47,981 nt of DNA from Faecousia sp. (GCA_045659325.1 JAZOWQ010000104.1:1-47981), one strand, 5' to 3'. Counted from the first letter of the stretch, positions 16,545-26,786 are shown. Numbers and translations are program-made. Notes: generated from the sequence alone by a model not told the origin.

Positions 16545-16631
16545 TGGTGCCGGTGGCCGGACTCGAACCGGCACGATGTCGCCATCGGTGGATTTTGAGT
16601 CCACTACGTCTACCAATTCCATCACACCGGC
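16545..16631 (-). tRNA. tRNA-Leu (anticodon CAA)
   Basis: GCCGGTG...GTGGA-CT-CAA-AA-TCCAC...GGTTCGAGTCC...CACCGGCACCA, 87 nt. Promoter TTGCTT-N17-TATACT at 16644-16672; terminator hairpin ~16508-16545. Confidence 0.97.
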
Positions 16632-16720
16632 AGTTACTCGGTTAGTATACACTATGTTTTCCAAAAAAGCAAGGGGAAATTTGCAGAAAAGAGGCTCTCC
16701 GAAGAGAACCTCTTTTTGGT

Positions 16721-18475
16721 TTATACTTGCCGGGAAGCATTCTGGGTGTTGTAAAGCTTGGCATAGATGCCGTCTGTTCCGATTAGTTCCTCGTGGGAGC
16801 CACATTCGGTGATGACACCGTCGGCAATGGAGATAATCCGGCCTGCTGCCCGAATGGTGGATAGACGGTGGGCAATAATCAAGGTGGTACGGCCCTGGGA
16901 AAGCGCATCAAATGCCCGCTGAATTTTGGATTCCGTCACGGAGTCCAATGCGGAAGTGGCTTCGTCCAAAATCAAAATCGGCGGATTCTTCAGGAAAATC
17001 CGGGCAATGGCCACCCGCTGCTTCTGTCCGCCGGACAGGAGCGTACCCCGCTCGCCTACATAGGTCTCAAAGCCTTGAGGCATCGCCATAATATCCTCAT
17101 AAATTTCTGCTTTCTTTGCGGCCTCTACCACCTCTTCCATAGTAGCGTCGGGCTTGCCGTAGCGGATATTCTCAAAAATGGTGTCCGCAAACAGGAACAC
17201 CTCTTGCTGAACGATACCGATACTCTGATGGATAGACCGTTGGGTCACATCCCGAATATCCTGCCCGTCAATGGCGATAGAGCCGGAGGACACATCATAA
17301 AACCGGGGAATCAGTTGACATAATGTTGTCTTGCCGCCGCCGGAAGGGCCGACAATGGCGATGGTCTCACCGGGAGCCACTTCCAAAGACACATTCCGCA
17401 GCACATCCAAATCTCCCTTGTAGGCAAAGGAAACATCCTTCACGGAGATTGCGCCCTTTACATTCTGCAAATCCTTGGCATCAGGCTTGTCCTGCACTGT
17501 GGGGTCCATTTTCATAATATCCACAAACCGCCGAAGGCCTGCAAAGCCGTTGGCAAACATCTCGGAGAAGTTGGACAGCTTCCGCATAGGCCCTACAAAA
17601 GAGGTGATATACAGACAGAAGGTGACCAAATCCCGATAGTCCATACTGCCCTTCATCACATAGTAGCCGCCCACACCGATGACCACCACATTCAGGCTGC
17701 ACAGGAAAAATTCCATAGAGCTGTGGAACATACCCATAGCCTTGAAAAATTCTGCCCGGGCAACTTTGTACAGATTGTTGGCATTGTCAAACCGGCAGGC
17801 TTCCGCATGTTCATTGGCAAAGGCCTTGGCGGTACGGACACCGGACAGGCTGGCTTCAATCTCCTGATTGATGTAGCCGGTTTTCTCCTTGGAAGCGGCA
17901 GAGACCCGACCCATCCGCCGGCGCATACTCATGACCAGCGTGAGGAACACTGGAATCATCAGCAGCACAATCAGCGCCAGCTGCCACTGGACAGAGCCCA
18001 TCACAATCAACGCGCCCACAATGGTGAGGAAGGATGTAAGCAAATCCTCCGGGCCGTGGTGAGCCAGCTCTACCAGTTCGTGGAGGTCAGAGGTGAGCCG
18101 GGCCATCAGCATACCGGTGCGGTTGCGGTCGTAGAAATCAAAGCTCAGAGTCTGCATATGCCGGAACAGATCCCGACGGATATCCGCCTCCACCCGAATG
18201 CCGAAAATGTGGCCGAAATAGGTGACAATAAAATTTAGCAGCGACCGGATCACATAGCATACCACCACCGCCCCCATCACGATAAAGAAGGTGCGATACA
18301 TTTTCCCCGGCAGCATATCATACAGTGCGCTGCGGGTAATCAGCGGAAAGGCCAAATCTACGCCGGCAATCAGACAGGCGCAGAGAATGTCTATGGCAAA
18401 AAGGCCTTTGTGATTTTTGAAGTACCCCAAAAAGATCAAAAGCGGACTTTTTTTCTGAAAATCTTTCGTATTCAT
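16721..18475 (-). CDS. ABC transporter, fused permease/ATPase (MsbA/multidrug-like exporter)
   Basis: N-terminal TM domain, Walker A GPSGGGKT, LSGGQKQR, ILILDEATS, IAHRLST. Confidence 0.95.
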   Translation of the reverse strand: MNTKDFQKKSPLLIFLGYFKNHKGLFAIDILCACLIAGVDLAFPLITRSALYDMLPGKMYRTFFIVMGAVVVCYVIRSLLNFIVTYFGHIFGIRVEADIRRDLFRHMQTLSFDFYDRNRTGMLMARLTSDLHELVELAHHGPEDLLTSFLTIVGALIVMGSVQWQLALIVLLMIPVFLTLVMSMRRRMGRVSAASKEKTGYINQEIEASLSGVRTAKAFANEHAEACRFDNANNLYKVARAEFFKAMGMFHSSMEFFLCSLNVVVIGVGGYYVMKGSMDYRDLVTFCLYITSFVGPMRKLSNFSEMFANGFAGLRRFVDIMKMDPTVQDKPDAKDLQNVKGAISVKDVSFAYKGDLDVLRNVSLEVAPGETIAIVGPSGGGKTTLCQLIPRFYDVSSGSIAIDGQDIRDVTQRSIHQSIGIVQQEVFLFADTIFENIRYGKPDATMEEVVEAAKKAEIYEDIMAMPQGFETYVGERGTLLSGGQKQRVAIARIFLKNPPILILDEATSALDSVTESKIQRAFDALSQGRTTLIIAHRLSTIRAAGRIISIADGVITECGSHEELIGTDGIYAKLYNTQNASRQV

Positions 18476-18580
18476 AGGAATCCTCCTTAATTTCCATTAT
18501 TATACACGAATTGTTTCTAAAAAACAATATCTTTTGACAATGGGCAAATGTTTGCTATACTATACAAAAGAGGTGATACC

Positions 18581-19174
18581 GTGGAAATTCTGTATTCTGA
18601 CTTAGATTTTGTGATCTGCATTAAGCCTGTGGGCGTGGACGCAGAACACGAATTGCCGGATCTGTTGAAAGAAAGGCTGGGCGGCGAAATCTTCACTCTC
18701 CACCGACTGGATCAAAATGTGGGCGGTGTAATGGTCTATGCCCGGAGCAAACAGGCGGCAGCGGCTTTGTCGAAAGCCATTGCCCAAGGGGAAATGGTGA
18801 AGGAATATGTAGCTCTGGTCCACGGTGCGCCCCCACCCGAGGGGGATTGGGAGGACTTGCTGTTCAAAGACAGCCGGAAGAATAAGGTATTCGTGGTGAA
18901 ACGGCAGCGGGGTGGTGTCAAAGCCGCCCGATTGATCTATCGGTGTTTAAAAACAGGGGAGAGAAGCCTGGTGCGGATTCGGCTCTATACCGGCAGAAGC
19001 CATCAAATCCGTGTCCAGTTCTCCAGCCGGGGATATCCCTTGGTGGGCGACCATAAGTACGGCAGCCGGGATGCGGCAAAAGCGCCGATGCTCTATTCCT
19101 GCTGCATTACCTTCCCCTTTAAGGGAAAGACACACAAATTTGAATCTTTGCCTGAATGGGGGAGAGAGAATTGA
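18581..19174 (+). CDS. RluA-family pseudouridine synthase
   Basis: KPVG, HRLD, TGRSHQIRV and PLVGDHKYG motifs. GTG start after GAGGTG. Confidence 0.93.
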   Translation: MEILYSDLDFVICIKPVGVDAEHELPDLLKERLGGEIFTLHRLDQNVGGVMVYARSKQAAAALSKAIAQGEMVKEYVALVHGAPPPEGDWEDLLFKDSRKNKVFVVKRQRGGVKAARLIYRCLKTGERSLVRIRLYTGRSHQIRVQFSSRGYPLVGDHKYGSRDAAKAPMLYSCCITFPFKGKTHKFESLPEWGREN

Positions 19175-20040
19175 CCAAAGCGAAGGGCAGCTTACTGGCT
19201 GCTATGACCATATTCGGCACCGTGGGCATTTTTGTGCGGTATATCCCCCTGCCTGCGGCAACGGTAGCCTTTTTTCGAGGTGTGCTGGGCTTCCTGTTCA
19301 TCCTGATACTGATGCTCCTTACAGGCAAAAAACCGGACTTTTCCGCAATGAAGAGCAATTTCTGGATTCTGCTGGTGTCCGGTGGTGCTATGGGCCTGAA
19401 TTGGGTATTCTTGTTTGAAAGTTATCGGCATACCACTGTGGCGGTGGCCACCATCTGCTATTACTTAGCGCCGGTATTTCTGGTACTGGTGTCCCCCTTG
19501 CTGGGAGAACGGCTCACCGGCAAGAAACTGAGCCTGTCCGGTGTGGCACTGGTGGGTATGGTGTTCGTATCCGGGGTACTGGAGGGTGGTATCTCCGGCG
19601 GAAAGGGTATCGCCTTTGCCGTGGGCGCAGCGGCGCTGTATACCACGGTGATGTTCCTGAACAAGAAACTGGGCTCGATCAGCGCCTATGATAAAACCGT
19701 TGTCCAGCTGGCGGCGGCGGTGGCGGTGATTCTGCCCTACTGCCTGTTCACCGGTGGTTTCGGTATGAGCCAGATGGTGGGCAGAGATTACGCCCTTTTG
19801 GCAGTGGTTGGCATCGTCCATACAGGACTAGCCTATTGGCTGTATTTCGGCGCGTTGGGACAGCTGCCGTCACAAAGTGTGGCGCTCTTTAGTTACTTAG
19901 ATCCGGTGATCGCCATTGTGCTTTCTGCTTTGTGGCTGGGTGAGTCTATGCACTGGCGGGAAATTTTGGGCGCAGTGCTGATTTTGGGCAGTGCGCTGTG
20001 CAGTGAATTGCCTGGCAAAAAAGTTGCGAAAAAGGGTTGA
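19156..20040 (+). CDS. DMT/EamA family transporter
   Basis: Two EamA-like repeats, ~10 TM. True start may be the TTG at 19171. Confidence 0.9.
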   Translation: MGERELTKAKGSLLAAMTIFGTVGIFVRYIPLPAATVAFFRGVLGFLFILILMLLTGKKPDFSAMKSNFWILLVSGGAMGLNWVFLFESYRHTTVAVATICYYLAPVFLVLVSPLLGERLTGKKLSLSGVALVGMVFVSGVLEGGISGGKGIAFAVGAAALYTTVMFLNKKLGSISAYDKTVVQLAAAVAVILPYCLFTGGFGMSQMVGRDYALLAVVGIVHTGLAYWLYFGALGQLPSQSVALFSYLDPVIAIVLSALWLGESMHWREILGAVLILGSALCSELPGKKVAKKG

Positions 20041-20065
20041 CAATTGCATATCGGTGGGTTATAAT
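20037..20065 (+). promoter_or_regulatory. Perfect SigA promoter of tRNA-Thr, overlapping the DMT stop codon
   Basis: TTGACA-N17-TATAAT. Confidence 0.9.
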
Positions 20066-20085
20066 AGCAAAGCTGTCAAGAAGAT

Positions 20086-20161
<76 letters not shown>

Positions 20162-20164
20162 CGA

Positions 20165-20200
20165 AAAAGCCTGAAACTCCAACGAGTTTCAGGCTTTCTT
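20165..20200. terminator. Terminator after tRNA-Thr
   Basis: aaagcctgaaactc-caac-gagtttcaggcttt. Confidence 0.8.
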
Positions 20201-20261
20201 CTTTTTTGTGCTATGTGGTGCCCGCCCCAGAAACCGACACCAAAACCGACACGGCCATATT

Positions 20262-22505
20262 TTACCCTTCAAAATCCGTCATTTCGCATATTTTTTGAAT
20301 TAACTCGTCACGTGACAGAACACCATCAATGTAATCTTTATGAACACTATGTCCATGAGTTAAGTAATCATACCAACCTTCAAGCGACTGCACATACATA
20401 TCATCTAGTGTTCTCAGGTTAGAGTACTTTCCTACATAACAGTTGCCCGCGTCCCAGGTTTCGTGACGTACCGGATACGAAGATGCACGATAAATATTTG
20501 AAATAACATGTGCATATCCATCTTCGTCAATTACCAATACATTATGTACCCTATCATCCGCTTGACGCATAGCTTCGCCGATTTCATCATGTGTGAACAA
20601 ATGCTTTGGCGTTCCAGTTTTAAGAATTCCTATTGAAAAATGCGCACCGAATATCACCGGATCTCCTTCGCTAATTCCACATTGCTTTCGCATATATTCA
20701 TGACAGGCATTCATCAAGCTATAGATTTCATCTCTGCTGGAAGTTAAGTACGCATTTTGCATAAGATTATTAGGAATAATAGACTTTATTCGTCCATCTG
20801 TGCACAACACGTACTTTTCTCGTGATAACAGATCAAATATATCGTTCTTTTCTAGAACAAACTCGATATAGAAAACAGCACTTCCGCATTGTTCTGTACT
20901 ATTGAGTAAGCAAGAAAAATCCCAGGAAAGGTAATTCTCTGTGATATATTCTTTTAACTTTTGAGCGTCCTCTTCAAAGTATGTTTTCTCTTCTCTATGT
21001 ATTGGTGCAAATGGGTTTCGACCAAATTTCGGTGAATTAATGATTGATTCAGGTTCATAACCTTGCTTCACCAACTCGCTGTATGCGTTTGTTAGGCTTT
21101 CCATATACCTAGCAAACATTTGATAGGGCACCATGCTTTGACGCCCATCATATGTTGATGATATTCCATTGTAGGGTCCTTGCTTAAAAACAATAAGGAT
21201 ATTACCCTTATAATAACGTCTAACAACCTTGTACCCTTCTGGGAGCGCCTCACCAGTGTCATAATCATACACACCATACTGAGCATAATTTGCTGACACA
21301 TAATGACCAGGATGGTCCTCTACAAGATACTCTGATAGCAAATCATTCTCTCCAAATATCGGATCTGCTTCACTCAGCTCCAAAAAGAAATAATTCCATG
21401 AAATATCTTTCTCGTAGGAGGTAAAATACAGGCGATACGGTTTTACCAGCATTGTTGTCTTTAAATTGTCGTGAAGATAAATACAGCCTTCCTCTGGGGC
21501 TAGTTCTGCTGAAACCAAATCCGTACCGCCTCCATCCGGAAGAAGCAAATGATTATATGCCGGCACGGATGCAATTAGATTTAGTGCGGTTACTATTCCA
21601 TCTAAACTACTCCAACATGCTGTTTCAGGAGCATTTGGTCCAAGAAGATATTTTTTCAAGAAAGCCCAATCACTTTCTTGAGATTTCATTTGATCCTTGA
21701 ATATATCCAACCATAGTTTTAATCCGTTTATATACTCTAGCATTGTAGGACGGGTTAAAGGATCATTTTGTGTTGATGCAGTCAGCAGTTCCTCCAGCTC
21801 AAGCAAATGCGTTTCTTTGTATTTCTCAATAAAACGCAAACCGTGACTTTTATCAAGAAGTTCGTATACACCATCAAAGCCTAGCTCGTCCCCACTTAAC
21901 AGCATCCATGTGGTCTTTGCTAATGAAAAAACATCAGCTTTTTTACCATCTGCATGTTTAGGGTCTCGCTTCATTTCTGGCGCAATAGTAAAGATTGCAC
22001 CCAAGCCTTTATCCGAACGTGTAAAATCATCAGGATTCTCTGGGAAATCCACTAAACCAAAATCTGCCAGGCAATATTTCCCATCATGATAATAAATGTT
22101 TGACGGCTTAATATCTCTATGGGAAATGCCTTCCTCGTGTAACTTTGCCAATGTATCAGCCATCTGAATTACGGCGTTTATGATTCCATCCACCGTTAGT
22201 TTTGAGTGGCTAATATGATTCATCACAGGCGTTGCTATTGGCATCACATACCAAAACTCATCCTCTGAATATTCATAGATCGGCAAGATTCCATCTATCT
22301 TGTCAACATATTTTTTGACAATTTGAATTTCGCTAATAAAACGAGCTTTTTTCTCTGTGCTTTTTTGAACAAGCTGCTTCAAAGCAAACTCTTTTCCAGT
22401 ACTTTTTTCTCGAACGCGGAAAACGCTGGCATTGCCGCCTTCTCCCAAGTCTTCACACAAATCATAGAGGTTTTCCCAGGGCTGTGCTTTTTTTCCTGTT
22501 GCCAT
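20262..22505 (-). CDS. Hanks-type Ser/Thr protein kinase with long uncharacterised cytoplasmic C-terminal region
   Basis: LGEGGNASV, FALK, HRDIKPSN, ADFG, APE and DVFSL motifs. No TM or PASTA domain. Confidence 0.9.
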   Translation of the reverse strand: MATGKKAQPWENLYDLCEDLGEGGNASVFRVREKSTGKEFALKQLVQKSTEKKARFISEIQIVKKYVDKIDGILPIYEYSEDEFWYVMPIATPVMNHISHSKLTVDGIINAVIQMADTLAKLHEEGISHRDIKPSNIYYHDGKYCLADFGLVDFPENPDDFTRSDKGLGAIFTIAPEMKRDPKHADGKKADVFSLAKTTWMLLSGDELGFDGVYELLDKSHGLRFIEKYKETHLLELEELLTASTQNDPLTRPTMLEYINGLKLWLDIFKDQMKSQESDWAFLKKYLLGPNAPETACWSSLDGIVTALNLIASVPAYNHLLLPDGGGTDLVSAELAPEEGCIYLHDNLKTTMLVKPYRLYFTSYEKDISWNYFFLELSEADPIFGENDLLSEYLVEDHPGHYVSANYAQYGVYDYDTGEALPEGYKVVRRYYKGNILIVFKQGPYNGISSTYDGRQSMVPYQMFARYMESLTNAYSELVKQGYEPESIINSPKFGRNPFAPIHREEKTYFEEDAQKLKEYITENYLSWDFSCLLNSTEQCGSAVFYIEFVLEKNDIFDLLSREKYVLCTDGRIKSIIPNNLMQNAYLTSSRDEIYSLMNACHEYMRKQCGISEGDPVIFGAHFSIGILKTGTPKHLFTHDEIGEAMRQADDRVHNVLVIDEDGYAHVISNIYRASSYPVRHETWDAGNCYVGKYSNLRTLDDMYVQSLEGWYDYLTHGHSVHKDYIDGVLSRDELIQKICEMTDFEG

Positions 22506-22745
22506 AATATCACTCTCTTTATATCTCTCTACTAGTTTTTTATTTCTTGGTACATTCCGATCTTCAAATATCTTTCTAACTGGCTGGATATTAACATCAT
22601 TTCGCCATGATTTATATTTTTAACTCTGTAATATCTACATCAAAAGGTCTTCTGTATAATGCCAAACATAGGATGACTGGGTAATTTTTACGCGTTGTTT
22701 CAAAGACACTAACTTTATAATGTGCCATTGTATTTCTAAATTGGT

Positions 22746-23789
22746 TTATATCTCATCGTGATGTGCTCGTGCGATCATCTCAACAAACTGCATGATGGTG
22801 TATTCTTGCTCGTTTTCCCAGTCGCAAATATATCCATCCAACAAGAAACTCTTTCCTTCAGGGAGATTCCCTAGGGTGAAACGCCTAATATAGCGATTAT
22901 AAAGACACACGATAGCATCCAATTTTCCATCCCTACAGACAAAAATGCACCAATGGGCTTTGGGCGGAATCATTTTCATAATATCATCTGGCGGTTCTAC
23001 CTGAATTTGAGGTAAGAAGAAAAATTCCTGTGAAGATTTACCTGTCAATATCCATTCGCGGATTTCTGAAAAATTGGGGTGGCTTGCATACTCAGAACCT
23101 TTACGAAGAGCAAGCACATTTAGTGCAATTTTTGCATACATCCGTGCGACTTCCGAATTTTCACCCAGCCTATGTGATTGCTTGGCATGATGCTCACCGT
23201 ATTTAATTTCTTGCATTTCGAAATTAGCTAAGAAGCTCTTTACTTCTCTTTCTATGCTGGAATTTGATGGCTTTACAGAATTCGTGGCAACATAATAAAT
23301 TCCGTCAGAAAATCCAACAAGAATATCACCGTCAGGAATATGTTCACTTGATAAAAAAGTATATTTATCCGGAAGATGTTCCAAGGAAGCTAAAAAAGAT
23401 CGGATTTGTTTTTCACCGTCTGCATATTCGTTTGGGACAGCGATTGTAGCCTCATTTCTATGCCGATGAAATTGAGGAATATTATACGGTTTTCCAGCTG
23501 CCGTATAGCAAAGAATAGGCTGACCATCATCTTGTAGTCCCACATTTACCGCCGACTTAGCGGCTTTAGATGGATTGTGAGAGCCTCTTTTCCCTGGACC
23601 ATACATCATTCGTTCAAAAGCGATTAACGAATGTCGCATAAGCTTCAACTCCATGGGCGAAAACCTTTCGTTGGCTTGATCTGAGACAATACCATGATCC
23701 AACATTTGTTTTCCTCCTAAACCAGCAGGAAAAACATGCTCTTGTTTTTGATATGTAAGGTTTTCACCATTTCCTAAGTAGATACACAT
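22746..23789 (-). CDS. HNH endonuclease-like protein (HNH_5-type N-terminus, degenerate Zn cysteines)
   Basis: CIYL...EHVFPAGLGG...VSDQANERF corresponds to CxxC...EHxxPxxLGG...VCxxCN. Confidence 0.65.
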   Translation of the reverse strand: MCIYLGNGENLTYQKQEHVFPAGLGGKQMLDHGIVSDQANERFSPMELKLMRHSLIAFERMMYGPGKRGSHNPSKAAKSAVNVGLQDDGQPILCYTAAGKPYNIPQFHRHRNEATIAVPNEYADGEKQIRSFLASLEHLPDKYTFLSSEHIPDGDILVGFSDGIYYVATNSVKPSNSSIEREVKSFLANFEMQEIKYGEHHAKQSHRLGENSEVARMYAKIALNVLALRKGSEYASHPNFSEIREWILTGKSSQEFFFLPQIQVEPPDDIMKMIPPKAHWCIFVCRDGKLDAIVCLYNRYIRRFTLGNLPEGKSFLLDGYICDWENEQEYTIMQFVEMIARAHHDEI

Positions 23790-24067
23790 TTTTATTTCTC
23801 CTAAATGCTCAGAAAACAGTGCGAATATCCATTTTCTAAACCAATAAACTAATTGTAAAAATACGGATTACCTGCTCCAGGCATCGGCATAATACCACCG
23901 GTCAATTGTTCTTAATATCCTTGTATCAGCGGATCCTTACAACCATAAAGCGTAACGTTGCGAAGTACAATGCGCAGACATATTACAAAAAGATTATACT
24001 CGAAAACATTGACAAAAACAAGCCTACACAAAGGTCCGGGAACGTAGTTGTTCCCGGACCTAAATTA

Positions 24068-24514
24068 TTAACACACGTGGATAACGCCACAGGCGATTTT
24101 TTGCCCTGCATTGCCAGCGGGCTGGGTACGGAAATCATCCGGGTCACTGTGAATGACCACAGTACGCCCAATAATCTCTTTCACAGAAAACCGGTCCGTC
24201 CTTACAGATAAATAAGCGTTTCCGTTGTACCGCAACAACGGTGGCAGGTCACCTGCGTGTTCCGGATGTGCCTGCTCAGCAGGATTATAATGACCTCCTG
24301 TTCCGGGAAAGTCAGTACCAGAGCAACTTTCTCCTCGATGAATATGGAATCCGAAGAATCCTGATTTGCTCACGCTAGGCAGGCCAGAAACTCTTGCCAC
24401 TATCAGAATGCAACTGTTCTCCTGATAAAATCGAACACTTCCTGATAACTGCGGTGCTTCCAACCCTCCTGTGATATGTGCCACCGCATCCGGACATTTT
24501 GTGCAATATTGCAT
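24068..24514 (-). CDS. sodC: Cu/Zn superoxide dismutase family protein
   Basis: GFHIH, GGHYNP, HPEHAGDL, VVIH..PDD and GNAG..IACGVI motifs. No signal peptide. Terminator at ~24031-24061. Confidence 0.9.
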   Translation of the reverse strand: MQYCTKCPDAVAHITGGLEAPQLSGSVRFYQENSCILIVARVSGLPSVSKSGFFGFHIHRGESCSGTDFPGTGGHYNPAEQAHPEHAGDLPPLLRYNGNAYLSVRTDRFSVKEIIGRTVVIHSDPDDFRTQPAGNAGQKIACGVIHVC

Positions 24515-24710
24515 AAGCTCACCTCATATCAGCCTATGCCAACACACTTCTTTTGTCTCAGGATTATTTGATCTCTGCGCCACCCCATTCAATCACGGTC
24601 AAGTCGGCGCAGAACGAATAGACCATACCTACTAGGAAAGCCCTACGCAACCGTCTAAGCCATAAGCAAGTAGAACATGGAATCCTGTGTGGAATAGCTT
24701 TATAATCAAA

Positions 24711-26786
24711 TCAGCTATATTTCCTGAATTTCAAGATTGCCTTGAACATATCTCCGTCCAATACAATCTCAAAAGCGCCATTGCAGATCTCAGTATAGCT
24801 CTTTGCAATGGCAAGGCCAAGGCCGTTACCTTCAGCAGTTCTGGATTCATCACCGCGAACAAATCTCTGGGTAATTTCCTCTACATTGAAGTTCAAGGGA
24901 TATGCAGAGATGTTTTTGAACTCCATTACGATCATACCGTCTTTTTCGGACGCGGTAATAAACACTCTGGTGTTCTTCATAGTGTACTTGAGAATGTTGT
25001 TAATGAGATTACTCACAACACGAGACATCTTTCGTCCATCTGCAGAAATGAACAGTTCTTTCGGTGTGTCTACGCAGAGCGGGAGCCCGGAATTCTGGAT
25101 CTCACTGTCGTGCTCGCCCAAGGCCTGATTGATGAGGAGCGACACATCCAACTTTTCCAGGACAACATCATCGTTACCACTCTGTACTTTAGAAATGTCA
25201 AACAAATCCTGTGTTAGTTTGTTGAGCCGATCACTTTTCTTAGCAATGACCGCTACATAGTCCCTTGCTTCATCAGGCAGTCCTTCCACCTTGGAAAGCA
25301 GCTCGGTATAGCTGATGATAGAGGTGATGGGCGTCTTCAGGTCGTGGGAAACATTGGTAATAAGCTCAGTCTTTAATCTCTCTGCTTTTACTTTGGCAGA
25401 AACAGATTCATCAAGGCCTTGCGCAATATCGTTGATATTCGCTGCCAACGCCTTCATGTCCTGGCACCTTACTTCGGGAATCTTATACGCCACATTTCCG
25501 TTGCGAACCTCACTAACACCTTTCTTGATCGCATCCAGGTCCTTTGCTCTGCAAGCCACCACAAAACAAGCACAACCGAACAGGAGAATACCCAGCAGCA
25601 ACCCCATCGGTGATACGATCATAAGAACGCCAAACAAACCGATAAAAGCCGTGTAGACGAAGAGCATCGTTATAAGGATCGCACCAGTCTTCTTCGATAC
25701 CATCCCGAAGATCGCTCGCCAAAATGTCTTTGTTACTCTCCAAACCCACTTTGCAATCCGAATAACCAAGCGGATAATCCACCTCAAAACACGAAGGATA
25801 ATGCTTGTTTCAATCAATCTGCGGGTTTTAATATTACGAATAATGGAAAGTAGCGAAGTAATAAGGATCAAGCTGACAAGTCCGGAGACAGAGCCCAAGA
25901 TCGGATAGATCAAGCTAATAGGAAAGTCACCATAAGCATATTGGTCAATCACAAGGAAACAGAGCGCAACACCACCGATACCAAATGCAGCAATCGCTGC
26001 CAAATGGCACTCAAGCCACACATTGTCAAGCCACATATTTTTGTGTTCGCCATCAGCAGTCTTGCCACATACGCAGATAAGATAGATGAGCAAAATCAAC
26101 GCAGCGATAGCACATATGATTGTCTTAGTGAAGGTATTAATAACAATTCCTTCCTGAAGCTCCCAAATAGCCTTGTATTCTGCAACCGCATCCTCTTCCA
26201 CACTACAACTGAGGATAATTGTGCTTATCTCATCATGGATTTTAAATTCTTCGAGCAAGTAACCACGGTACATATGACGATCATTAGGCATTCTGCGTTC
26301 AACATGTCCATTGGAATCACGTTTCACATACGAATAGTATTCTCCCTGCATTAGATCTTCTGCACTTTCCGCACCGCAGTTTGTAAGCACGAGGTCATTC
26401 CACCGCACATAATAATTGATCATTTCAGAATAGTAATAATTCGAAAACCGTTCTTTAAGGTTTTTCTCTAATGCTAGTCTGATTTCTTCCGAATCAATTT
26501 TATCATTTTTGGGCCGTAGAAACCCCGAAGCATCATCTACGTAGAAAACGCTTCGATAAGCATTATATACCAAATTCTCCGGTTCACCGAGAAGAGAAGA
26601 AATATACCACGACTCTGAAAAATCACTTTCAAAGTTATAAATTTCTTCTTCCTGATTAAAATACTCCAAGAATCCGTCAGCGGCGATCAATACACCAGAC
26701 ACAATACCTGCAATAAATAAAACAACAGCAATGACTTTGGTGATGCTGGAATATACTACTTTTCTCATTGATAAAGCCTCCTTCAA
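24711..26786 (-). CDS. Membrane sensor histidine kinase
   Basis: Multiple TMs, H-box NVSHDLKTP, N-box NLINNILKY, G-box GNGLGLAI. Confidence 0.95.
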   Translation of the reverse strand: MKEALSMRKVVYSSITKVIAVVLFIAGIVSGVLIAADGFLEYFNQEEEIYNFESDFSESWYISSLLGEPENLVYNAYRSVFYVDDASGFLRPKNDKIDSEEIRLALEKNLKERFSNYYYSEMINYYVRWNDLVLTNCGAESAEDLMQGEYYSYVKRDSNGHVERRMPNDRHMYRGYLLEEFKIHDEISTIILSCSVEEDAVAEYKAIWELQEGIVINTFTKTIICAIAALILLIYLICVCGKTADGEHKNMWLDNVWLECHLAAIAAFGIGGVALCFLVIDQYAYGDFPISLIYPILGSVSGLVSLILITSLLSIIRNIKTRRLIETSIILRVLRWIIRLVIRIAKWVWRVTKTFWRAIFGMVSKKTGAILITMLFVYTAFIGLFGVLMIVSPMGLLLGILLFGCACFVVACRAKDLDAIKKGVSEVRNGNVAYKIPEVRCQDMKALAANINDIAQGLDESVSAKVKAERLKTELITNVSHDLKTPITSIISYTELLSKVEGLPDEARDYVAVIAKKSDRLNKLTQDLFDISKVQSGNDDVVLEKLDVSLLINQALGEHDSEIQNSGLPLCVDTPKELFISADGRKMSRVVSNLINNILKYTMKNTRVFITASEKDGMIVMEFKNISAYPLNFNVEEITQRFVRGDESRTAEGNGLGLAIAKSYTEICNGAFEIVLDGDMFKAILKFRKYS

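Noticed and set aside
16380-16566. 20-bp tRNA direct repeat as attL/attR of a prophage or ICE
   Set aside because: Only 167 bp apart with no genes between. Kept as a miniature repeat, though a fully deleted island scar cannot be excluded.
16337-16812. ORFs overlapping tRNA-Leu(CAA)
   Set aside because: Explained by the tRNA and its flanking repeat.
22506-22745. 38-codon ORF between HNH and kinase genes
   Set aside because: No clear RBS or motif; cannot be supported.
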